64,000 nucleotides of DNA from assembly GCF_006345805.1 (NCBI RefSeq), contig NC_043001.1:68944001-69008000 (forward strand), given 5' to 3'. Below are positions 37,912 through 52,229 of this stretch, one piece after another; position 1 is the first letter of the stretch; each line of letters starts with the position of its first letter. Made by a program: the position numbers and the translations under genes. This stretch comes from Octopus sinensis. Taxonomy: Eukaryota. The notes under the pieces are model-generated. The model ran no database searches and had not been told where the DNA came from. It saw only the letters and a list, made by a program, of their open reading frames with translations.

Positions 37912-40900
37912 ATATTTCGGAATGGTCATTTTGCCAGTTTAGCCAATAACACACGCACTATATATTTGGTGTTATTTTGCTTCAGTGTTATTTATTTTTT
38001 ACATTAATCTTAATCTTATTTCGGCCAGTTTTCTTCCGTCGCACTCCTGTGACCGCATCATCGCTATGTTGATGATAACAACACAGTGGTAAAGGCACCC
38101 CACCAGAGAGTAATGTTGATATAGTAATAGAAACTAATACTATGGAGAGCATCCAGCAAATAGCTAACTCCATCCACCAGAGTATTAAGGTCACAATAGA
38201 CTATCCCACTAAATACCCCAACCATAGACTACCAGTACTAGACACTGAACTCTGGCTAGAAATTGTGAATAATAAAACCCAAATCCTTCATTCATACTAT
38301 GCCAAACCTATGGCCTCAAAATACTTGATCCACCGGAACTCAGCCATTGCGGACTATGCCAAATTCAATATTTTGATGGCAGACCTCGTCAGAATAATGA
38401 GAAATGTGTCGCGCATGTGCGATCCCACAGAGTTAAAGAGACACATACAATATTTCATTCACCGCATGCAGTTCTCAGGTTACAGCCATAAAGAAAGGAT
38501 CAGAGTATACACAGGAGCCATGAAGAACTTTGATAATATATTATGTAATGATAGGAATGGGATTTGCCCACTCTATAGGAACAAGTCATGGAACACTATA
38601 GAAAGGACAAAAAAGAAAATAGGGAAGGCCAACTTTTGGTATGATAGCCATAAATACCAGTGTCATGTTCGTTGACACCACCCCTGGAGGTGAACTGGCG
38701 TACCGCTTTAGAAGGACCCTAGACAAACCTAAGCTAATAATTAAGGTTGTTGAAAAGCCAGGCAACCCTATCACATCTATAATTGGTAGAACCTATCCTT
38801 TTAGTAGAACCCCCTGTACGGATAAGTACTGTACTGTATGTAGATTTAGCCCACAAACAAACTGTAAAGCCAGAAATGTAGTCTATAGTATAAGATGTAT
38901 AGAGTGACGATGCAGTAACAAGACAACGACATACGTAGGGGAAACGGCAAGAAGCATAGGAGAGCGGGTAAATGTACATTGGAGATAACTCAAGGAAGGT
39001 AAAAGCTCATCGATTCTGTACCAACAGGCCGAACAGGAACACGGGGGATCAATCAACAATATAGAAATTAAAATAATGTCCACACATAGAAAAGATGCAA
39101 CAATCAGACAAATTACAGAAGCTACACACATAATAGAAAATAAACCTAGCCTGAATAGAAAACTACAATGGAGCACTAGCACACACCACAACATATAACG
39201 ATAGAGGATCCCGAAAACATAATAAATACACAGATAAATAAACAAATAGAAATAAATAACTATATATATATATATTTTTCGATTCGATTTATTATTATTA
39301 TTACTAGTATTAAGATTAAGATTAATGTAAAAATAAATAACACTGAAGCAAAATAACACCAAATATATAGTGCGTGTGTTTTTATTGGCTAAACTGGCAA
39401 AATTACCATTCCGAAATATAACAATATCTGTTTCAACACACGACTTCACATAAAAAAATCTTGCACAACAAATATTTAAACGTACTAACGTGACCCATAG
39501 CCAGGCTTCCAAGAAGCTGAAGAACACTATATTATGTTGCCTAAAGAAAACTGTGACAACGCAACAGCTTCATTTTATAAAACAATGTGTCTCGTCAAGA
39601 ATATGTATCAACAAGGTCACAGCCAACGTTAAACGGCTTGACCTCACTAACGGACAGGCTGAAAGGCTGAAAAGGACGCTAATGGTAAATATTAAAAATA
39701 AAATATACAGAGAGCTGAGCGAACAAGAGAAGCGTAAACGTATATTTTTAAAAGAAATTAAAAACATCACCACACAAAAGGAGAAAACCTTACTAATGGA
39801 TATAATATATGAAGAAAACAGGTACATAATACACCAATGCAATATCCATTTTAAGAGGAAGTTATCGTTGTTGAAACAGAAACAACAATATGAGCTCGCA
39901 AAGGAAGAAAAGCAGAAGTATCCAGATACAATAAATGGAATTATTATGGAAGATGTGCTACTACCAGAAGAGTTCAATAAAGACAATGAAGCGAACATCT
40001 ATGGGGGAGTAACAACGGACCCAGACGAAATATCGATACTTCAACTACCACCAAAGTATGCAGTGTATAGTAAGGTGAAAACCATCAAATGCCTGTACGA
40101 GATTGAAAAGTCGTTCACAGAAATACGTTGCAATTTAAATAGATACAATGACAACAACACTTGCGACAACAGCAACAACGCGAAAAACACTAACCGCAGC
40201 AGAAACAACAAAAATAATAATGACCGCAGCAATAACAACCGTAGCAACAAAAGCAACACGAACCCTAACAGCGGCAACAACAACAACAATAGAAAAAATG
40301 AATGCATAGACACAAACAATAGATACAAATACAAAAACATAAACAGAGAGAAAAAAATCGTATACAACAGCAACAACAACAACAATTATAGGGAGAACCG
40401 ACACACAAACACACACACAGATAACCATAGTCACAGAGACACGAATAAAGTTGTGTCATGGGGGTCACAATGGAAAATAAAGTTGAATGTAACAGAATCC
40501 TTGGACAGGGAGTCAGTAGACTTGAAATAGATAACAATACTCGTAGGAACAAAAATAACAACCTCAACAGAGGGAATGACAGGGACCAACAGACAGACAT
40601 AAAACCCAACACTAATATGAACAACACATACACCAGAAACAGGAACAACGAAAATATCACTAGCGATAATCAGAATGATAGCAATAATGGCAATGGTAGG
40701 AATAACGGTAATAACAATAATAGTGGTAGTAGTAGTGGTGGTGGTAACAGTAGAAGTAGTAATGATGGTAGTAGTGATAGTTGTGGTGGTAATAGTAATA
40801 ATAGTAGTAGTGGTAATGGTGGTAATAATAATAGGGAGTCTGATGATGGAAACAGTAACGATAATGAAGATAACCCTAGAAAGACCATTGACATGTATAC

Positions 40901-43900
40901 CCAGCCTTTGGCACTCAATTCTTCAACGTATGTGACAAATCTTACTGCATGAGCCGGATTTATCCAACAACATTACCCTTCAACAAAAGAGTCTACATCC
41001 CAAGACATACTAATGACCATATGGAAGCACAGTTCACTATAGCTAGGACCAAACTTAGACAGATTTTAGGATTATACACTAAGAACAGAGACAGAATAAG
41101 ACAGAGGCCCAACAACTCGGGATTAAACCTGCATGTGGCCTACATAAGCTCATTCAGCGCACGTGGAACGGAGAGGTGGTATGCTTTCCCACAGATAAGT
41201 CCGGCAGGATGTCAATAGACAGCTTACCGAACTACATCCAGGCAATGCAACCTCATATCGCCAATACAAAAATAACAACTTTACAGGCGCATGAGGAGAG
41301 AGAAAATGTCCTCAACGCCCACATGATGATGTGGAAAATTGTTCTGGGATCCCAGAAACGTACAGCAAATAATTTCCAAGCCTGGATCACTGATATCCCG
41401 GCACTGTATGGACTTCGCAAGGACCATAAAGTTACCACTGACCCTATAGCAGGACCACCAACAAGACCAGTCTGTGGAGCGAATATCGCTAGCAATTACA
41501 GAATCTCCTACTTCCTCTCAATGATCATACGCCCTATAATCCGGATGTCACCAGATGTTTGTGACAGCACAGAAGATCTCCTCGGCTGGATCAATGACTG
41601 TAACAACACTTGTGACCTGACAGGATGTATGGTGGGTAGCATGGATGTGGTATCCCTATACCCATCGATCGACGTAGATTTTGCGGTGGAGAAGTGCGTG
41701 GAGATGATCAACGAGAGCCAAGTGGAGTTCCGTAATGTCAACACAGAGGAACTGGGCCTCCTACTTAGACTGACTGTAATAATGAATTCTTAGATAAATA
41801 TAATCTTAGTAGTTTCTGCCCCAGTAGATGTTTAAGAGGTAGACCGCCCACAATTATATCTATGGCTAGGAAGACACATATAGAAAGATGGCTCGGATAG
41901 ACCAGAGACATACGGAGCCCCGCTAATCTCCATCAGATAAAGAAAATGATCGCACATGCTCTAGGAGCTAGTATAAGAGTTACCCTAAAAGGCCACACGT
42001 TTAAGTTTAATAATAATATATATGCCCAGGACGAGGGGGCAGCCATCGGCGTTAGTATCGCTGGTGGTGTGGCCAACCTTTTCATGGCATGGTGGGACAG
42101 AAGGCTTAAAGAACGCCTAACACAGAACTCCATACTCGTAAACTTGTACTCCCACTATGTTGATGATATCAACATAGTAGTAAAGGCACCCCCACAAGAG
42201 AGTAATATTGATATAGTAATAGAAACTAATACTATGGAGAGCATCCAGCAAATAGCTAACTCCATCCACCAGAGTATTAAGGTCACAATAGACTATCCCA
42301 CTAAATACCCCAACCATAGACTACCAGTACTAGACACTGAACTCTGGCTAGAAATTGTGAATAATAAAACCCAAATCCTTCATTCATACTATGTCAAACC
42401 TATGGCCTCAAAATACTTGATCCACCGGAACTCAGCCATTGCGGACTATGCCAAATTCAATATTTTGATGGCAGACCTCATCAGAATAATGAGAAATGTG
42501 TCACGCATGTGCGAATCCCACAGAGTTAAAGAGACACACAAAATATTTCATTCACCGCATGCAGTTCTTAGGTTACAGCCATAAAGAAAGGATCAGAGTA
42601 TACATAAGAGCCATGAAGAACTTTGATAATATATTATGTAATGATAGGAATGGGATTTGCCCACTCTATAGGAACAAGTCATGGAACACTATAGAAAGGA
42701 CAAAAAAGAAAATAGGGAAGGCCAACTTTTGGTATGATAGCCATAAATACCAGTGTCATGTACGTTGACACCACCCCTGGAGGTGAACTGGCGTACCGCT
42801 TTAGAAGGACCCTAGACAAACTTAAGCTAATAATTAAGGTTGTTGAAAAGCCAGGCAACCCTATCAAATCTATAATTGGTAGAACCTATCCTTTTAGTAG
42901 AACCCCCTGTACGGATAAGTACTGTACTGTATGTAGATTTAGCCCACAAACAAACTGTAAAGCCAGAAATGTAGTCTATAGTATAAGATGTATAGAGGGA
43001 CGATGCCGTAACAAGACAACGACATACGTAGGGGAAACGGCAAGAAGCATAGGAGAGCGGGTAAATGGAGATAACTCAAGGAAGGTAAAATCTCATCGAT
43101 TCTGTACCAACAGGCCGAACAGGAACACGGGGGATCAATCAACAATATAGAAATTAAAATAATGTCCACACATAGAAAAGATGCAACAATCAGACAAATT
43201 ACAGAAGCTAAACACATAATAGAAAATAAACCTAGCCTGAATAGAAAACTAAAATGGAGCACTAGCACACACCACAACATATGACGATAGAGGATCCCGA
43301 AAACATAACAAATACACAGATAAATAAACAAATAGAAATAAATAACTATATATATATATTTTTTTCGATTCGATTTATTATTATTATTACTAGTATTGTT
43401 GTTATACATACATACATACATACATACATACATACAAGCATATGTAATGATAATAATAAATGGATGTAAACACATGAACAAAATAAGAATAAACAAAAAC
43501 AACAAAAGCAAAAAACAAATTACATGAACATATATAAATAGAAGATACAAATATTACAGGCATCCCGCCACATACACACACTAAATAAACATAGACGCAC
43601 ATAGAGATATAAGCATGCGCAAATGAAGACATACAGTAGAAATACAAAATGGCTGACGGTTAGTAAGGAGAGACACAAATAAGAAAGAAGAAAACAAAGG
43701 ACCACTGATGCGGTCACAGGAGTGTGACGATAGAACTCTGGCCGAAATAAGATTAAGATTAATGTAAAAAATAAATAACACTGAAGCAAAATAACACCAA
43801 ATATATAGTGCGTGTGTTTTTATTGGCTAAAGTGGCAAAATGACCATTCTGAAATATAATATTATCTGTTTCAACACACGACTTCACATAAAAAAAATCT

Positions 43901-43920
43901 TGCACAACAAATATTTAAAC

Positions 43921-43923
<3 letters not shown>
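37907..43923 (+). mobile_element. Penelope-like element (RT + C-terminal GIY-YIG, Neptune-like Cys-rich linker) in partial-tandem form with an inverted 3' piece, inserted in (TA)n
   Basis: RT motifs SMDVVSLYPSI, QDEGAAIGVSIAGGVANLFM, YVDD, LPVLD. Endonuclease CTDKYCTVC...CKARNVVYSIRC...YVGETARSIGER. Segment 38064-39310 duplicates 42155-43399. Segment 39311-39484 matches 43748-43923. Segment 37907-38060 is the inverse of about 43706-43860. (TA)n on both flanks. Confidence 0.9.
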
Positions 43924-43999
<76 letters not shown>

Positions 44000-44533
44000 A
44001 AAAATGACATGAAGAAAAACGACGTGTCATTCGGAGCTTTCAATCTTCAGTCGAGTACTAGATCCTCTTAGCAGTTTCGGCCGGTTACTTTCGAGACAGA
44101 TCTAATCTGGCCGGCTCCAAAAATATCTAAGCTAAGAAAATATAAGAAAATGGAAGAAAGTAAGCGAATTTATCCGAAAGAAGGACGAAGAAAATAAACC
44201 GAGAAATGGTACACAATTTCAAATAAAAAAAAGTCCATACATTCTCAGTATATCACTTATAAAACTTTCCTTCTTCCCCTCTAATTTTTCTTTGTCGTTT
44301 GTATTCTGTGTCAGTTTTATCTATTAATATACTATCGATATGTTCATACCAAGATATTCATCGTCTGAAATTCCCCAGTTTTTGCATTCTCTCGTTTTGC
44401 AACTACACAAATATGCATATTTCGTAATTCATATCCAAACTCTTATATTTAATATATCTAATTTGTTTAGTCTCTTTATATACCCCTCTCTTATACCCTC
44501 TCTCTTTATATATATACATATAGATAGATTCAG

Positions 44534-44626
<93 letters not shown>

Positions 44627-45235
44627 CGTGCACGTATGTGTACGCATAGAGTTATATCTAGATATTTACATACATGTATCTTCAAATCTTAATATAGCAT
44701 CATCTCATAAATTATTACATTGAAAAGTAATTCATCATTAATTATGCCTTCTACACTACATACGCAAGTGTAAGCATGATATTTGTTTGATTAACAGGGA
44801 AACAACTATATAAATTAGAATGAAATTATGAAATCTTTCTGAAATCTTTGATTGCATAAACACACAGGCACACATGCACGCACATACATACACTTATACA
44901 CACAAGTAAAAAACTTATGAGTGTATGTTTATGTGCATGTTTGTACATATACTTTCTCATCATTTGAATTTTAAACATAGAAGGTTAATGAACATATTTA
45001 CTACTCCAAATTATACAGACTTCATTATTTTCTCTTTTAATGTCTTTACATATACACTTGTTGATTGATACGATTCGTCCATACCTTTAAAATATATTCA
45101 AGCGTTAACAAGAACAACAGCAACAACATAAATAACAGCGATTACACTCGTATAATTAAAACAAGAAAGAAATAATAAATTTTCAGTCTTGGAATAATAA
45201 TATTAACAACAACAACAATAATAATAATCATAATA

Positions 45236-45325
<90 letters not shown>

Positions 45326-45932
45326 GTGACAAATATTCCGATGCGAAAGGTGCGATGTAATTCATCTATCGAAACAAATTTCACATCACAAATAGAGCCC
45401 ATGTCTTGAAATTAAGTCGTTAAAATGTTTTAACTGTATACATACACGTATGTATGTATACATATACATATACATATACATATATATATATATATACATA
45501 TCTATATATCTATATACATACATATAGATATGTACATATTTATATGCATTTATATATGTTATATTTACATATGGCTATATATATATATATATATACGTCC
45601 ATATATATATATATGTGTGTATATACATATATATTTATACATATATATGTGAATATATATACATATATATATATATACGCATATATATATGCATATACAT
45701 ACGCATATATGTGTATATCTGTAAGCATATATATAGTTCAGATTTCCCTTTGAACATGTAATTTTTTTCCGTTCGCTAGACGATACAACGTAGCGAAATG
45801 TTTCTGGGAAATTTTGGATTCCGCTTTCATTCAAAGAAATAACAAATATAACACAACAGTCTCAAATGCGTCAATTAATTGAAACAGTTTCTAATGAGCC
45901 ATAAGGTTCCATGCCACATGTCCTTTAGCACA

Positions 45933-45999
<67 letters not shown>

Positions 46000-46963
46000 A
46001 TATATATATATATATATACTTATATATGTATGTATATAAATATATGTATATATATGTACATATATATATAGATATAAACATGAATATATATATATATATT
46101 TAGTAAACGAAAAATGAATAAACAAACGAACAAATAAGAAAATGATAATAATAGTAATAAAAATAAATGAGCAATAATATAGAAATATATTGGCAACGGG
46201 AATTGATTATCAAATGAGGACATCGTTGGATTTAGTGATAGCATTGACTTCCACCCTGATACTTTATTTTTCTTCATAATGTTCCCATTGTAGTTTGGAC
46301 ATATGCCATTGAGGCAACACTTCATATTCCTTACACAGTTCTGAGAAGTTACGAAGCCAATTTATTGAAATATAGCACTAAATATTCCCTCAAAGTTGTC
46401 GTTTCCAACTTTAGTGTGGATGTAGATGTTCTGCTAACATAATTTTTTTTTGTTTTTCAGTCTCAAACATCGTAATCGGTACGTTTCTTGAAATACTGTA
46501 TTATTCATTGCGGGTTTTTTTTTTGTTTGTTTTATTAGCAATACTAAATCTAACACTACTAATAATGATCTATTATTATTATCATTATTATTGGTATTAT
46601 TATTATTGGTATTACTAATGCAATATTTTAAAGATAATATTTTTATAATAATTATGATTATCATTATGATTGTATTTTGGGAAACCATAATGATGAAGAT
46701 GTGAAAATACTTGCTTTCTTCATATCTTTCAAAAGGACATTCAAAAATTGTTCCTTAAAAAAATCCAGTTCATCACTTTCGTATTAAAATTGGTTTCTTT
46801 CCTTAAATAAGACTCTTTAAAGTTCACTTTTTTCTCGATTTGTCATTATTTCACCATTTAAGAAATGCAATTTAGTGGAGGTGAAATTGTCTTTTCACAA
46901 CTATATTTCTAACTTGTTTGAATTATAACCATTATCATTACTATTGTTGTTGTTGCTGTTACA

Positions 46964-47011
<48 letters not shown>

Positions 47012-47070
47012 GTATTGTGGCATTAATAAGTATTTTGTATTTATATAGTTTTGAAATTGTTCGCTCTTCT

Positions 47071-47303
47071 TTAAGCATGACAGGGTTCTGTTAAAATCTT
47101 ACGAAATGATTTCCTGAAATCCGGATTAAATATTGTATAAATAACTGGATTAATGAAGCTGTTGATATAGCCGAGCCAAGTGAAAACTCCAAATAATATA
47201 GGATCCAGTGTACAAGCCGCCACATGTTTCAGATCGTTTCGTAGACATATAGCATTGATGATATTAATTGTGAAGAACGGCCACCAGCAAAACAGGAACA
47301 CAC
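47071..47303 (-). CDS. DRD2: D2-like dopamine receptor, last coding exon: TM6, TM7, helix 8, stop
   Basis: Acceptor AAAAG|GT GTG TTC completes Gly in frame with the upstream exon. Translation GVFLFCWWPFFTINI...TWLGYINSFINPVIYTIFNPDFRKSFRKILTEPCHA*, with CWxP and NPxxY motifs. Confidence 0.92.
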
Positions 47304-48294
47304 CTTTTCAGTAAAAAAGAAAACATAATTAGAGAGTTATAATAAAAAATTAATATTTTATTAAAACGGATTTGTTTCCGAGAAGGTTCAATAAAATGCA
47401 ATAATAATATTTCCTTAACTGAAACAACAATACAAATATATATTTAGTTCAGGCTGACCATCTCGTGTATTTGACGATCGCTCGTAGCTCGGGATTAGAA
47501 TAGCAATTCTATTTAGGGGAAATGTTAAATTTGTCGCAGAAGAGTTTCTGAGGTGGCCTCCTTTGGCATTGCTGTGTCGATTCTTTGGATTTATAAAGGC
47601 GGTCACATGGCTTCCATGGCGTATAACTGACCGAGATGACAACATATCTCCTGAATTGTACGCTAGTCCATAGCAGAGCTACACATTTAAAGCCGAATTG
47701 ACTGGAACAACAAGATCAAATGAGGTATCTCGCTCAAGAACAGAAGACACTGCTCGGTCCGGAAGTCGAAACCAAGACCTTGTTATCGTGAGTGCAACAC
47801 CTTAACGACGAGACCATGTGCAAGAATGTGTGTCTAATTAACTCTCATATCACATGCTGTAGTCCTAAAAAAACTCATTAGAGATTGTAGATCTAAGTCT
47901 GTTGCATGTCTTTAATATAGAGTTGTCATGGCTCTAACGTCTTCGATCATAAATATCAATTAGATATAATCTGGAAGTATACAGACAAAAAGCAATATGC
48001 GTAAGCAACAGAATTAGTTTTGATTTCCATCAAATTTAAAATTCTCTTATGAACCTTTCTCTACATTTTCTACATTCCTTCTTCAATACTATGTCTTGGT
48101 TTCCTGTAATCAGAGTGGACATTCAGATTTTATAAATATTTATAGTTCAGAAATTTTAAATTAACAACTTTGTATTAATAATTAATGAAGTTAGAATTGT
48201 TTTTAATTTTTTATAAATACATGCAAAAAACACCTACATGCATGCATACATATATACATACATACATAGATACATACATAAATAAATACATTCA

Positions 48295-48326
<32 letters not shown>

Positions 48327-50134
48327 CAACACATATATATACATAAACTTATAGGAAACTGAAATTGAAAATTCAGGCGTGCAATCTTGCGTTTCATCTT
48401 TCGTTGACTTGACGCATGTATGGAAATATACAGCATTCCTACACAAGCACGAAATAATGCTTAATCTAGAACATTCAGTTCAATTATATCCTGTATATTA
48501 ATTTACCGAGACCTTTTTTGTAACAACTGTAGAAAACTTTACACGAACCTTTATCTTTACCTTGAAATAATGTCTTATAAAATCAGTAATATATATAGTT
48601 AAATTGTCACCCATAAATGATAAAGAGGTTACTCGCCGAATCTACTTACGTTAACCTATGGTTCTCGCACACACACATATCTTCGATTGCAGTTATTATT
48701 TTATCAAATATATGGTTTTGGAAACTAGACCTTAGAGAAACCCACTGTACGAAGGACCGCAACACCTCGGAGGTCATCATCCAGATGCCGAAAAATATGT
48801 CGGTGTATCTCAGACAAATTGATACCTCTCAAATTTCAGACAATATTGTTGGTTTGTTTCCAGTCCGAGGGAATCTCCCTTCAATAACCAGGAAACACTG
48901 ATGTCTCTGAAAACATTTTTGTGGAGATATCTTTCATATTTCTCTGTCTTCGGATAAATTCATTTCGATTTATGACAATGGTTTCTCTTCGGTTGATACA
49001 GGCTGTTCTTAGTGCCCTCACCATCTCGCCACTAATTCGTTTCTCTTCTCTAGCCACAGGTACTTTTTTCCTCTCGCGCGACACCAAGTAGTTCCTTTCC
49101 CATGCACTCATTCCCTGGATCCCTATGTATCACGCATCTTACATTTAACCATAAATTTCAAACTATTTAATTTTCTAAGGCTCTGCAATGAACAACTTCG
49201 TAGCACTTTCTTGTATACCATTCAGTGATTAAAAAGAAAAAGGGAAAGGAAAACGAAAATAAAAATAAGGAAAGTTCGATCTAAAATAGGAAATTTTGAA
49301 CCTCATTAAAAATTGGTATACAAACAAACTTTCAAACTCATATGAATTAAATGTACATGCATACACATCTTCGCCGAAGAGAATTACAATTTACATCCCT
49401 ATATCATCCTTAATCAACTATGCAGAGTGGGAGAATTATTTGAGGACATATCTATTAATTTGATAAAACATCTTTTGGAATCCCTCTGCATTTAATGGAA
49501 GTGGGGAGGGGGAAAACAACTGGCAGGGTGCACATATATCATTGCTTGTTAATATATAGATATCCCTCAGCACGCTGGGCAAAGTGGGAATCCACCCGTC
49601 TTTCCGTTCTGAATTCAAATGCCACCGGGGTCGACTTTGCCTTTCATCCTCTCGGAGTCGATAAAATAAAGTACTAGTTGAACACTAGAGTCGATGTAAT
49701 CGTCTATCCACCTCACCGGATTTGGTGGGCTTGTGCCAAAATGTGAAACTAATATATTGATATCCTGAAAGACAAATATGCATGAGCTGATTTCATTATC
49801 TTGACGTTCACAGTACTGCAAGAAATTTTATCTCAAGTTCAACGTCTTCAAACATATCATTTGTATAAAACAAAAGAATCAATGAGTTCAGCGGCACTTT
49901 GTTTTGATGTAACCAGGTGAACATGTGTCTAATATTTGATTTAAACTGTCTTAAAAATACGTGATTCAGTGAGCTTTATTTGTTGCAAGACATACATAAA
50001 GAAATACATAAATTTACTGTTGCGTGCGAACAAGAGAAAGAAAATATATTAAGAGCATAAACAGAAAATGGAAGGAAAAAAAACAGAAATTTTTACTTCA
50101 ATGAAAGACGTGGCCTATTTTGGTCTCTACTTAC

Positions 50135-51174
50135 CTAATACAATAGCTAACGTCTTTGTGGCTTTTTTTTCTTTCCTCATGGCATTCTTTGAAGTATGGC
50201 TCTCTTTCTTTACTTTAACCTCCTTCTTGTGGAAGTTAAATTTTGAGGCATATTTTTTCTTAGCTGAACCACCCCTTTTATTAAGTCCCGCAAATTTCTG
50301 TTTGGGTGGTGAAAGCAAATTTTTTGGAGGAGTCGATGATGCAACGTCAGTAGGAGTGACAGGGTTGGCAGCGGCGGCAGCCGCCGCAGCAGCCGCGGCC
50401 ACAGCAGCAGCCGCAGCGGCAGAAGAGGTATTAGTAGTAGTTGTGGTAGTAGTAGTTGATGTGGCTACATCGAACTGCGTTTCTATTTCGACATTAGCTG
50501 GCGAAGCGTAATCCTGGACGCCATCCTTTTTCAGTGAGGTCCTCTCGTTGTTTACATCGTTCAGCATCATGCATCCTGTATATTCTGTCATATTACTATT
50601 TTCAATAACATGGTCTTTAAGTTCACTGCTCGGGGTACTCTTTTGACCACTGTCATCATCTAGATTATCCTCATAATCATCGTCATTTAAACCTGCATCA
50701 TTACATGCTGCTGTGTTTACAAGAACTTCATCTTTGGCAGTTTTCAACCGACCTCGGCCAACGTTGTTCGAAGATTCACTGGCCTTCATATTCAATCTAG
50801 CATCATCATTATCTAACTTGCTTGTTGTTGCTTTATTTTCTATAACATTCGCTAGCGCTTCACGTTCGAGTTTTTGCTTAGCTTTTCTTTCTCTAACCTT
50901 TCGACTGCGGAGCATTAGTACTCTGTATATTCTCCAATATAGAAAAATCATCACAATTGACGGTATATAGAATGAGCCCATGGAGGAATATATAAGAAAA
51001 TCTGAGTTGAAAAATGCACAGACGAATTGTCTACGTTTGTCAGAGTAATTAACTCCTAATGCTATTGGGGCAGCAATAGCAATGGATATAAGCCATACTA
51101 GCATTATCATTATATAGACCCGTTTAGAATTCTTGTGTTTTGAGTACTTTATGGGTTGAGTGACAGCAATAAAT
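50135..51174 (-). CDS. DRD2: D2-like dopamine receptor (class A GPCR), penultimate coding exon: end of DRF motif, TM4, TM5, long ICL3, start of TM6
   Basis: Translation RFIAVTQPIKY...VWLISIAIAAP...YSSMGSFYIP (S5.42/S5.43/S5.46 catechol-binding serines)...REKKATKTLAIVL. Acceptor TTTCAG|A at 51175/51174 (phase 2, inside the Arg of DRF). Donor G|GTAAGT at 50135/50134 (phase 1). Confidence 0.92.
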
Positions 51175-52229
51175 CTGAAATTATAAAACAGAAACAAAGA
51201 TGTATTACCGTTAATCTACATTCCTCTTTCTCTCTTCTCTCTCACACACAGACACACACAAGCACACATAGGAAGTCACACCTTAACATTTACACAGAGA
51301 CACACATAAACACATATACACACATACACAGATTTGTTTATAGTGTAATAAAATATACAAATATAGGTTAAAATCGTGTAAAGTATTTGAATGGCAATAA
51401 ATTGTGTAAGTCTAGACATAATGGCATTGTGATGAAGTAAAATAAACTAGTTAAGACTAGCAAGACGAATGAAGCACAAATATTTACGGACAAAGTACAC
51501 ACAAACTGAAATATATTCACATAGAATGCACACACACACATACATACATACATACATACATACATACATACATACATACATACATACATACATACATACA
51601 TACACACATACATACATACACATATGTATATATATATATATGCATGCATATACACATATACATGGACACATATTTACGTACATGTATATACATATATACA
51701 TACGCATATTATATATATATAAATACATAGACATAACAATGTACTAATATACGTACCCATATGCATACACACAGACATACGCATGCACACACTCACAAAC
51801 ACACACATATGAGGTTACATGATTGTGTGCAAATATATGTCTAGTATAAAAAGGTTATATAACTTTTCCTTCCCTCGGCTTCCGTGTCAAACTATGAACG
51901 ATATCAATAATGAACAAAAAACGTAAACTCGCACACCCTTATGAACATATATGTGAACATATGCATTCATACTTCTACATATAGAAACACACACACACAC
52001 ACACATATAAACCATGAAAAGTCCGGACGTATGAGTGATTAATGTATTTATTCAACCACTTGACATCCTTAGAATTATGCCTATTTCACAGTCTTCTTCA
52101 TATAGTAATAATTTCGGTGTAGTATAAAGTTATGTTTACATGTTTGGATTGCACTCCATGCTGTATGTAGACTAAGATACAACTGTATGTGTAAAAGATC
52201 AATGGAAATAAACAAAGGTCTGATCATCA

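Noticed and set aside
38906-38908. In-frame TGA in the GIY-YIG region of the upstream PLE copy as possible selenocysteine
   Set aside because: The downstream copy has GGA at this codon, so a point mutation is simpler. Sec-encoding PLEs (Naiads) have an N-terminal endonuclease, unlike this element.
43701-43760. CTGATGC-GGTCA...TGGCC-GAAA hammerhead-like motif in the large PLE's terminal repeat
   Set aside because: A9 is C in both copies and I could not find convincing stems I and III, so it is not called as a ribozyme.
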